From positions 501,789 to 565,788 of the forward strand of contig CAVOWC010000008.1 of NCBI GenBank assembly GCA_963700025.1: a stretch of 64,000 nucleotides of DNA, given 5' to 3'. The notes below the pieces were generated by a model. That model searched no databases. It saw only the letters and a program-made list of their open reading frames with translations, and was not told where the DNA came from. This stretch comes from an uncultured Solirubrobacteraceae bacterium (lineage in GTDB: Bacteria > Actinomycetota > Thermoleophilia > Solirubrobacterales > Solirubrobacteraceae). This document shows, piece after piece, positions 29,110-37,615 of this stretch (within the stretch, counting starts at the first letter, position 1; every line of letters starts with the position of its first letter). The position numbers and the translations under genes are program-made.

Positions 29110-31015
29110 ATGCCACGAGCACCTGATCTGTCCGGTCGTGCCCTGGACGGGCGCTATGAGCTCCTCGCCGTGATCGGCGAGGGGACGTTCGGACGCGTCT
29201 ACAGCGGCATCGACCGTCGTCTCGCCCGGCCCGTGGCGGTCAAGGTGATCAAGCCATGGTGGGCCGAGGATCCGGTCTGGGTGCGCAGCTTCGAGCGCGA
29301 AGCGCAGCTGCTGGCCCGTGTCCACGATCCGGGCATCGTCCAGATCTTCGACGTCGGGCACGCTGACGAGGGTCTCTACTACGTCGCCGAGCTCGTGGAC
29401 GGGGAGAGCCTCGCGGCCCGTCTGCGCCGCGGGCCGATTCCGGCCCGGGCGGCGCGCGGGATCGCGGAGCAGCTCTGCCGTGCGCTGACTCCGGCCCACG
29501 CGCAACGCGTCGTTCATCGCGACATCAAGCCGGCGAACGTGCTGATCTCGGCCGACGGCCGGGTCAAGGTCGCCGACTTCGGCGTGGCCAGGCTGGCCGA
29601 GGGCAGCACTGACGGCGGCGCCGCGACAATCGTCGGCACCCCGCGGTACATGGCGCCCGAGCAGGCTCGCGGCCGGCCCACGAGCCCCGCAACGGACGTG
29701 TACGCGATCGGCATCGTGCTGTACGAGATGCTCGCCGGGCAGCCGCCGTTCGCGGGACCGCTCCGCGGTCGAGCTGGCCCTGCGCCACCTGCACGACCCG
29801 CCGCCCCCACTGCCGCCCGACACCCCCGCGGCGCTCGTCGCGATCGTCGACCGAGCGCTGGCCAAGGACCCCGCCGCTCGCTACGCGGACGGGGCGGAGA
29901 TGGCCGATGCGCTGGCCGCAGCCCGGCAACCGGTGTCGGCTCCGCGGCGCGGGCCCCCCGCGCCGGTCCCAGCGCTCGCCACGCGGACCGCCGGAACGAC
30001 AGCGACCCTGACACCTCCGGCTGAGCACTCTGCGGGCGGCCGCGCCGCCGCGCCCGACGGCACGGCGGCCACGCGCATCGTCCCGTCCGAGGGGACCGCG
30101 GCCACCCGCATCGCCCCGGACGACGGCACCGCCGCCACCCGTGTCGCCTCGCCCGACGCCACCGCCGCCACGCGCGTGCGGGCACCGATGGCTCCGCGAC
30201 ACGATGTGAACCTGACCGCGCGCCGGCGTCGCCGCATCGCCGGCGTCGGCGTCCTGTTGCTGCTCGCCGCGGTCGTCGCGGGCGCGTTCCTGATCGCGGC
30301 CGGCAACCGCGTGACCGTCCCGGATCTGCGTGGCCTGAGCCGGTCGCGGATCACCGCCGCACTGCGCGGACCGAACCTGCGCGTGACCTTCGGCACCCGC
30401 TTCAGCGCCGCGCCTCGGGGGGTCGCCGTCGCCCAGAGCCCGGCGCCGGGGACGCGCGTCGACGAAGGCGCGACCATCCTGGCCGTCCTCAGCGCGGGTC
30501 CGGCGCCGGTCACCGTGCCTCGCGTCGTCGGCGAGACGTCATCCGCCGCTCAGGCCCAGTTGGTCGGGCTCGGGCTGCGGGTCGGCGTCGTCCAGGTGCC
30601 GGCGGCCGGAGTCGCCACCGGGATCGTCGCGCAGCAGAACCCGAACGCGGGAGCCATCGTCCCGCGGCGGTCGACCGTCGAGGTGTCGGTGGCCGAGGCG
30701 CCGCGCTGGCGGCCACTGACCTCGTTTGCCGGCGGCGCGGCCGGAAGCTCGGTTCCGTTCCGAATTCGCGGCCGCCAATGGCGCGTGCGCTACAGCATGG
30801 CCTACGAGGGCACGTGCACGCTGATCTTCATCTGCTCCGGGCCGAACGCTCAGGTCGCGAACCTGAGCGGCGGCGCGAACCCCGGGTCGTTCGACCTCGG
30901 CGAGGGCGGTAGCCAGACGAAGGTGCTGTCCACCGGGCCCGGCATCTACCAGCTCACCGTCACCCCGGGCTCTGACACCGCACGCTGGGCGATCACGGTC
31001 GAGGACTACTACTGA
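29110..31015 (+). CDS. Hanks-type Ser/Thr kinase with TM helix and PASTA domains; frameshift near 29760
   Basis: GEGTFG, VAVK, HRDIKPAN, DFG, GTPRYMAPE; continues SAVELALRHL in the next frame, then TM and VPDLRG/VPRVVG PASTA repeats. Confidence 0.9.
30056..30178 (+). repeat. four 33-bp coding tandem repeats, (D/E)(G/A)TAATR(I/V)xxx
   Basis: Units start at 30056, 30089, 30122 and 30155. Confidence 0.85.
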
Positions 31016-31303
31016 TTCGCACGCATTCCGGACCGTGTGACCGTGCCGTGAGGAGGGGATGCCTGCACGAGCGCGAGACTCGTGCGTACACCGTTGCCCG
31101 GAGTCCAGGTCGGCGGCAACCTAGGAGAACCATCAACGGGCGGACGACCGGCATCAGCCGATCACGAGCGTTCGGGATGAAGGCGGCACGCAGGGGCGGC
31201 CGCGAGCGGGGTCCTTCGGGTGCCGCGCCGTCCGCCCATCGCGCGTCGTCCCGCCCCGGCTCCGGCAGCTACCGCCCCGCCCATCAAACAACAAGGACGA
31301 CCT

Positions 31304-31708
31304 TTGAGCATTCTCGCTAGCAGTTACCCGTTCCTCGACGCTGTAGGAACGATTCTGGTCTTCTTCGCCTTCGTGATCTGGTTCTGGCTGCTGATCACGA
31401 TCTTCGCCGACCTGTTCCGTCGCCATGACATCGGCGGTGGCATGAAGGTCCTGTGGTTCATCTTCGTCATCGTGCTGCCGTACCTCGGCGTGTTCATCTA
31501 CCTGATCGCCGAGCACAACGGCATGGCCGAGCGCAGCGCCAAGCAGCAGCAGGCGGCCCAGTCCCAGTTCGATGACTACGTGCAGACGGTCGCCAAGAAG
31601 AGCGAGCCGGCTGAGCAGATCGCCCAGGCCAAGACACTGCTCGACAACGGCACGATCACCCAGGCCGAGTTCGACCAGATCAAGCAGAAGGCGCTCGCCA
31701 CGAGCTGA
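31304..31708 (+). CDS. PLDc_N/SHOCT domain membrane protein
   Basis: IFADLFRRHD, KVLW...LPYLGVFIYLI, LLDNGTITQAEFDQIK; AAGGA SD before TTG. Confidence 0.88.
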   Translation: MSILASSYPFLDAVGTILVFFAFVIWFWLLITIFADLFRRHDIGGGMKVLWFIFVIVLPYLGVFIYLIAEHNGMAERSAKQQQAAQSQFDDYVQTVAKKSEPAEQIAQAKTLLDNGTITQAEFDQIKQKALATS

Positions 31709-31732
31709 GCGCCGTCATCGGCAGCCGCGCCG

Positions 31733-32359
31733 TCACGCTCCGCGTGTCACGGTGCGGCTGCCGATTAATCGTGTCAGCCACGGCGTCACCGCCTGGGCCA
31801 CTGGCGCGACGCTCCGCAGCGCGTGATTGCCCGGCACCCGGACGACGGTGCGGGCAGGCCCCTCCGGCGGCATCCCGAACGGGTCGCTTTCGCCCTGAAC
31901 GACGAGCACCGGGACGCCGACGGCCTCGAGCTCGCCCAGGCGGCTCTTGGCCGGATCAGATGCCTTGCCTGGCGGGTGCAGCGGAAAGGCGAGGCACAGC
32001 ACGGCCACGGCGCCGACGGCGTCCGCGGTGCGACAGGCCACGCGAGCGCCCGAGGAGCGACCACCGGCGATCAGCGCCAGGCCGGCCATCGGGCCGGCCA
32101 GCAACTGCGCCGCGACCGATGTCCAGGCCGCGTCGAGCTGGTGGGCCGGCGCCGGCGAGCGTCGACCCGCCAGGCGATAGGGCTGCTCGACCAGGCCGAC
32201 GCTGATGCCGACCGCCACGGCCGCGTCCGCGACCGCCACGAGATCCGGCGCCCCGACGCCACCGCCGGCGCCGTGACCGAGGAGCAGGGCGGCCTGCGGC
32301 CGGTCAACCGGGCGCAGGTGGGCCCGCGCGGGGCCGTGCGGTGTATCGAGCTCGAGCAC
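31733..32359 (-). CDS. small alpha/beta hydrolase (KANL3/Tex30-like)
   Basis: GHGAGG, GGRSSGAR, FPLHPPG, QGESDPFG, GNH. Confidence 0.88.
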   Translation of the reverse strand: MLELDTPHGPARAHLRPVDRPQAALLLGHGAGGGVGAPDLVAVADAAVAVGISVGLVEQPYRLAGRRSPAPAHQLDAAWTSVAAQLLAGPMAGLALIAGGRSSGARVACRTADAVGAVAVLCLAFPLHPPGKASDPAKSRLGELEAVGVPVLVVQGESDPFGMPPEGPARTVVRVPGNHALRSVAPVAQAVTPWLTRLIGSRTVTRGA

Positions 32360-32408
32360 AGCACGCCAGCTTAAGGGCCGAGCACGTACCGGCGTGCGAC
32401 CAAGCGCG

Positions 32409-33284
32409 TCAGTCCTGATCCCGGGGGCCGGTTGGCGGCCCGCGCTCGATTCGCCGGCGATTGAGCTCGAGCGATCCGCGGAACCAGCCGAGCTTCTCGA
32501 TCCACCACGTCATGCCGGCCTCGGCGTAGCGCGCGACGAGGTCCGTGTCGTGTCCGTCGGACTGCCCCTCGAGCACGACCGCGAGCGGCGGCGCCGCGGC
32601 ATCCCGGTGCGAGCGGGCGTAGTCGACCGCCGCCCGCAACCGCTCGGGTGCCGGGAGCTCGGCGGCCCCGACGCCCTCGAAGGTGGGGAACATCCCGTCG
32701 AATCGGGCGGCGCGGCGAAATGGGCGCCGGGCAGGCCAGCGGCCGGCGACCCAGATCGGGATCCGGGGGCGCTGGAGCGGGCGGGGCACGAACACAGTCT
32801 CGTGCACCGAATGGTGCCGGCCGCTGTAGGCGAACGGCTCGCCGCTCCACAGCCCGGCCACGATGTCCAGGCCCTCGTCGAGCCGCTCTGCCCGGACCCG
32901 CGGATCCGGGTCCTCGCCGAAGAATGCAAACTCGTGCTCGGGCTGCGAGCCGAGCCCGACCCCGACCACGAGTCGCCCTCCCGAGAGCAGATCCAGCGAC
33001 ACGGTCTCGCGGGCGAACATCCACGGTCGTCGCCGCGCCAGCGCCGTGACCATCACGCCGATGCGCACGCGTCGAGTCGCCGCCGCGATCGCCGCCACCG
33101 TGACGTACGGATCCGCCACGGACCACCCGGGCTCGCGGTAGGCGACGTGGTCCCACACGAACACCCCTCCCCACTCCGCCTGCTCGGCCAGCACGGCGAG
33201 CTCGACCAGCAGCCGCGGGTCGCCGTACTCACCGACGTTGGGCAGCCCGACGGCGCACCGCACTCGATCGATGGGCTCGGTCAT
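32409..33284 (-). CDS. LLM-class flavin-dependent oxidoreductase
   Basis: FVWDH, DPYVT, LDLLSGGR, PLQRPRIPIW. Confidence 0.92.
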   Translation of the reverse strand: MTEPIDRVRCAVGLPNVGEYGDPRLLVELAVLAEQAEWGGVFVWDHVAYREPGWSVADPYVTVAAIAAATRRVRIGVMVTALARRRPWMFARETVSLDLLSGGRLVVGVGLGSQPEHEFAFFGEDPDPRVRAERLDEGLDIVAGLWSGEPFAYSGRHHSVHETVFVPRPLQRPRIPIWVAGRWPARRPFRRAARFDGMFPTFEGVGAAELPAPERLRAAVDYARSHRDAAAPPLAVVLEGQSDGHDTDLVARYAEAGMTWWIEKLGWFRGSLELNRRRIERGPPTGPRDQD

Positions 33285-33450
33285 CGCGCCGACAGTGTGC
33301 CGCGTGGCTGATCGGGCAGCTCGCCGGCCCCTCCCTGCCCATGTTGAGAAGGCTGCGCCTGGGCGCTGCGCCTCCGCGCCGCGCGCCCTCGTCAGCGGGC
33401 GCTCGGCGCTGCACGCGCGCGCGGGCCGGCGCCGGCGTCGCTGAGGCCCG

Positions 33451-33846
33451 TCAGGCGCTTGCGCCGAGGTCGGCCTGAACGGACTCGAGCTCGGTCTTCA
33501 TCGCCTCGGCGAGCGCCAGCGCGCCCGACAGCGGCCGCACCATCACGCACAGCTCATCGATCAGGCCGTGCTCGTCGGTGTGCAGGAAGTCGCAGCCCTC
33601 GAGCTCGCGGTCCCCGACCCGGGCGCGGAACACGAGCGCGTGGTCGGAGTCGCCCTCGGCGCCGATCTCGCGCTCGTAGCGAAAGTCCTCGAACACGCGC
33701 ATGACCGCGGACAGGATCGCCGCCAGGGTCTTCCGGCCGCGATAGGGCCGGAATACGACAGGACTCCGGAACACGACGTCCTCGGCGAACAGCGCCATCA
33801 GGCGCTCATGATCGCGAGCCTCAACTGCGGCACGAAACGGGTGCAT
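33451..33846 (-). CDS. NTF2/SnoaL-like protein
   Basis: DVVFRSPVVFRPY, ALVFRA, VMVRPLS. Confidence 0.9.
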   Translation of the reverse strand: MHPFRAAVEARDHERLMALFAEDVVFRSPVVFRPYRGRKTLAAILSAVMRVFEDFRYEREIGAEGDSDHALVFRARVGDRELEGCDFLHTDEHGLIDELCVMVRPLSGALALAEAMKTELESVQADLGASA

Positions 33847-33921
33847 CGCCGCGGACCATACCGAGGACGGCCGAGCGGCGTGGGAGCCCGGACGGATCGC
33901 CAGGCTCCCAGCCACCTCAGC

Positions 33922-34293
33922 TCAGGCGTCCGCGGGCTCTCCGTAGACGATCAGCCCGTGCAGGATGTACAGGCAGAGCGCGAAGATGGCCAGCGACCAC
34001 CACGGGTGGGTTCCACCGACCGACAGCAACGACTCGAAGGCGCCGAGAATGGCACCGACGATCCCGATGATGCGCCCGAAGGCGCCGCCGCCGACCAGCG
34101 AAAAGCCGGCAATCAGCTGGATCACGCCGATCAGCACCGTGATCCAGCCCCAGGTGTGCAGGCTCGAGAACACGTACTGGGTGTTGTCGAAGAAGTGGGC
34201 GTTACCGATCGCCCCGAACCCATAGATGATGTTGAGCGTGCCCGCGATCATCAGCAGAATCGCGACGAACAGCGCTCGTCCGACACCCTTCAT
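33922..34293 (-). CDS. four-TM membrane protein (DUF7144-like)
   Basis: LLMIAGTLNIIYG...TWGWI...HPWWS; GAGGAG SD. Confidence 0.85.
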   Translation of the reverse strand: MKGVGRALFVAILLMIAGTLNIIYGFGAIGNAHFFDNTQYVFSSLHTWGWITVLIGVIQLIAGFSLVGGGAFGRIIGIVGAILGAFESLLSVGGTHPWWSLAIFALCLYILHGLIVYGEPADA

Positions 34294-34355
34294 AGTGACT
34301 CCTCTCGTGGTCCCGGAGGCGCCGTCCCACCCGAGGGGTTTCGTTGACGGAGCAC

Positions 34356-34670
34356 TCAATCCTGCTCGTGGGCGGCGTCCGCCAGCCGCGCCGCGCGCCG
34401 GCGCAGGTACGCGAACGAGCCTCCGATCCAGGCCAGGCCGAGAATCGCCGGTCCGACGTGAACGGGCGTGCTCGCCGTGGTCAGCGCGTGGCCCAGGTAG
34501 TGGTAGCCGACCCCATTCAGCACCGCCCACAGCCCGGCGCCGATCAGGTTGAAGATCAGGAACCGCGCGGGCATGCCGCCCGCGCGGGCATGCCGCCCGC
34601 GCCGGCGAGCACAGCCGGCCCACGTGCGCAGCCCGGTGATGAAGCGCCCGAACAGGATCACCTTCCCGCC
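34356..34670 (-). pseudogene. DedA family protein, C-terminal fragment
   Basis: GGKVILFGRFITGLRTW...MP..RFLIFNLIGAGLWA...GY; N-terminal half missing, internal disruption. Confidence 0.75.
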
Positions 34671-34940
34671 CGCCGGGCGCCATGGCGCGCTGGAGCGAGC
34701 CGAACAGGTCCCGACGGAGGTAGTCGATCTTGCAGATCAGGTCGTACCCGGACCTCGGCAGCGCCTCGCGCTCCAGGTCGCGTCGCCGGGCCTCGACCGC
34801 CGGCGAGCGCTCCCGCGCCGCAGCGGAGACGATCGACGGCCACATCCGAGACGTCGACGGCGTCGACCTCGAACCCGAGCTCGGCCAGGAGCAGGGCGTT
34901 CCGTCCGGTACCGCAGGCCACGTCGAGCGCGCGCCGCCGC
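34664..34940 (-). pseudogene. class I SAM-dependent methyltransferase (TehB-like) fragment
   Basis: LDVACGTGRNALLLAELGFEVDAVDVS, frameshift, then DL...YDLI...YLRRDLF...APGG; both ends missing. Confidence 0.75.
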
Positions 34941-34989
34941 GCGGAGCACTACGGACCGGTTCTCCCACAGCCATTGCGCCCCTCCGGCG

Positions 34990-35290
34990 GCGATCGCCGC
35001 GCCAACCGCTGCAACTGAGTTCCGGGGGCCGGAACTCAGTTTCAACGCTTCGCCCGTGCGGAGCGCCAGCGCCAGCGCCACCGCCACCGCGCCCGCCGGC
35101 GGTCCCGCGCTCCTGATCCCGTCGATCTCCCGCTCCCGAGCCCGACCAACAGCGCGCCGGTCTTCGACGCGAGCGCCACCCCGGACAGCCTCCGACAGCG
35201 ATCGCCGCGCCAACCGCTGCAACTGAGTTCCGGGGGCCGGAACTCAGTTTCAACGCTTCGCGTGCGGAGCGCCAGCGCCAGCGCCACCGC
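34990..35290. repeat. two ~95-bp direct repeats 208 bp apart, each with a perfect 13-bp-stem palindrome (REP-like)
   Basis: AACTGAGTTCCGG-ggg-CCGGAACTCAGTT at 35013-35041 and 35221-35249 with near-identical flanks. Confidence 0.9.
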
Positions 35291-35313
35291 AACCGAAGTC
35301 CGGTCCGTGCCGG

Positions 35314-36126
35314 TCAGGCGGCGCGGACAGACCCATCTCTCGCCGGAACGACGCGGCCCTCGGGCCCCACCGACCACCCCGGTAGGTCGAACCGTGCGTC
35401 CAGCAGCTCGGGGATTTCGTCAGGAGCGATCGGCGTGACGACACTCTCGGCCGGCGTCTGCTCGGTGAGCGCGAGCCCACCCCAGCTGCTGAGCGAAGTG
35501 CGCGTCCCGTCGCCTCGCTGCGTCGCGACGACGAGCCCGTTCACGAACGGCGAGCGCGGGTGCGTCGCGGTGTGCCAGTTCGCCGCCTCGACGTCGGCCA
35601 TCGTGACCGGCTCGGGGTCGAATCCATAGAGATCCACCCATCCGTCGTCGCGCTCGGTCTGGAGCACGAGGACCGCCCCCTCCTCGACCACCCGGAATCG
35701 CCACCCCGCGTGCTCGTGCGCGGCGCCAGGGCCGAACGGGATCGGCTCGAGCAGGCTGCCGAGCCCGAAACCGACGTCGGCGTGCCAGCTCGAGCCCTCG
35801 GCCTCGACCCGCAGCACCAGGTGAGTGCGCGGGCGCACCGCCCCGGGTGGAGCCCCCAGACGCACCCGGGCCAGGAGCAGTTCGACGTCGGCGCCGAGGT
35901 GCTCGAGCGCGGCCTTGAGCAGCATGTTCTGCTCGAAGCAGTAGCCACCGCGACGCTCCTGCACGAGCTTGCGCTCGAGATCCTCGGGCACCAGCGAAAC
36001 GGGCACGCCGCGCTGCGGATCGAGGTTCTCGAACGGGATCGAGGTCAGGTGGGCCCGGTGCACGTCGGCCACCGCGGGCCGCCCGCGCAGGCCGATCCGT
36101 TGCAGGTACGCGCCGGGGTCGTGCAC
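35314..36126 (-). CDS. nat: arylamine N-acetyltransferase
   Basis: AYLQRIG, IPFENLD, RGGYCFEQN, RTH, DVGFG, HPRSPF; TAAAGT-N7-GTG. Confidence 0.93.
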   Translation of the reverse strand: MHDPGAYLQRIGLRGRPAVADVHRAHLTSIPFENLDPQRGVPVSLVPEDLERKLVQERRGGYCFEQNMLLKAALEHLGADVELLLARVRLGAPPGAVRPRTHLVLRVEAEGSSWHADVGFGLGSLLEPIPFGPGAAHEHAGWRFRVVEEGAVLVLQTERDDGWVDLYGFDPEPVTMADVEAANWHTATHPRSPFVNGLVVATQRGDGTRTSLSSWGGLALTEQTPAESVVTPIAPDEIPELLDARFDLPGWSVGPEGRVVPARDGSVRAA

Positions 36127-36224
36127 GATCCTGACTTTAATGAAGCACCGTAGTTTCAGCGGAGCATGGCCGTGGGATAGGAGCGATACCGAACGCAACC
36201 CGATCGGGTAGAACGTATGGTGCG

Positions 36225-37442
36225 ATGTCCGCTACGCACTCCGGAGAGGCGAAGGCGGCGGCGCCAGAGGCGCTGCAGACGCTCGTCGGTCGCTACGACT
36301 TCAAGGTGTTCGAGCCGCACGGGGGGCGCGCCCGCGTCCGACTGTCGGTCGTCGCCGGCGGCAGTTGGGACGTCGTTCTGGAGCGGGGAGGAGCGCGCCT
36401 GACGGTACCGGACGGTGAGGCACAGGCGACGCTCAGCGCCGACCTTCAGACCTGGACTCGGATCGCCGCCGATCTGCGCGGCGGAATGGATGCCTACCAG
36501 GCCGGTCGCCTGCGGATCCGCCGCAACCTTCACCTCGGGGTCGGCTTCCTGGCCGCGACGAGCGGCATCCGCGAGCCGGGGCGGCTGCGATTCCGGATGG
36601 TGCTCACGCGGAGCGCTCGCCTCTCGACCCTCGAGGCCGGTACCGGACCGCCGGTGCTGGCGATTCACGGGCTCGGTGCAACCAAGGGCTCGTTCCTGCC
36701 CACGGTCGCGGCGCTATCTGACCGCTTCCGGGTCATCGCCGTGGATCTGCCGGGGTTCGGCGACTCCGACAAGCCGATCGGAGCGCCCTACGATGCGCGC
36801 TTCTTCGCCGACGCGATCATCGACTTGATGGATGCGCTCGAGCTCGAGCGCGCCGATCTGATCGGCAACTCGCTCGGCGGCCGGATCGCCCTCGAGGTCG
36901 CGCTCGTCTACCCGGAGCGCGTGGGCCGCCTTGCCCTCCTCGCTCCGTCGCTGGCCTGGCGCAAGCCCCGTCGCTGGGCACCCGCACTGCGCCTGGTGCG
37001 ACCCGAGCTGGGACTGGTCCAGCTCGCGCCCCGAGGCGTCGTTGAGAGCATTGTGCATCGGCTCATCCCCGGCGCCAACGACGGCTGGACCGCCGCGGGC
37101 GTCGATGAGTTCCTGCGCGCGTATCTGACGCCGGCGGGGCGGGCGGCGTTCTACGCCGCCGCGCGTCACATCTATCTCGAGGACCCGAGCGGATATCAGG
37201 GGTTCTGGCCCCGCCTGAGCCGAATGGAGGCTGACGCGCTGTTCGTCTGGGGACGTCGCGACACGCTCGTGCCGATCGCGTTCGAACGCCACGTCGCCGA
37301 GGCGCTGCCCGCGGCGCGCCATCTCGAGCTGGATTGTGGCCACGTGCCGCAGATCGAGCTGCCGCGCCAGACCCACGACGCCGTCGGCGCGTTCTTCACG
37401 CAGTCGGCCGACAGCCGGTCCGCGCTCGCATCCACCGGCTGA
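36225..37442 (+). CDS. SCP2-like lipid-binding domain fused to alpha/beta hydrolase
   Basis: N-terminal ATLSAD...GMDAYQAGRLRIRRNL; IHGLG, DLPGFG, GNSLGG, WGRRD, GHVP. Confidence 0.85.
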   Translation: MSATHSGEAKAAAPEALQTLVGRYDFKVFEPHGGRARVRLSVVAGGSWDVVLERGGARLTVPDGEAQATLSADLQTWTRIAADLRGGMDAYQAGRLRIRRNLHLGVGFLAATSGIREPGRLRFRMVLTRSARLSTLEAGTGPPVLAIHGLGATKGSFLPTVAALSDRFRVIAVDLPGFGDSDKPIGAPYDARFFADAIIDLMDALELERADLIGNSLGGRIALEVALVYPERVGRLALLAPSLAWRKPRRWAPALRLVRPELGLVQLAPRGVVESIVHRLIPGANDGWTAAGVDEFLRAYLTPAGRAAFYAAARHIYLEDPSGYQGFWPRLSRMEADALFVWGRRDTLVPIAFERHVAEALPAARHLELDCGHVPQIELPRQTHDAVGAFFTQSADSRSALASTG

Positions 37443-37615
37443 GCGCCCTCCCGCCGGCGCCAGCGCCTGCGCCGGCGGTGGCCGGTGCCGACTCGATCGA
37501 TCCTGCGGACCAGGGATGCATGACGACCCCGCCTTCCGGGTAGGGCAGCCGTGCCGGGCGCCCGTCGCTCCGCGAAGGGCAGGCGCGGGGCCGATGATCG
37601 AGGTGGAGGAGGAGC

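Noticed and set aside
34990-35290. Possible CRISPR array
   Set aside because: Only two units of ~95 bp with a spacer over 100 bp, and no cas genes.
33922-35292. 456-aa ORF
   Set aside because: Chance read-through of repeats and pseudogene fragments into a genuine gene that starts at 34293.
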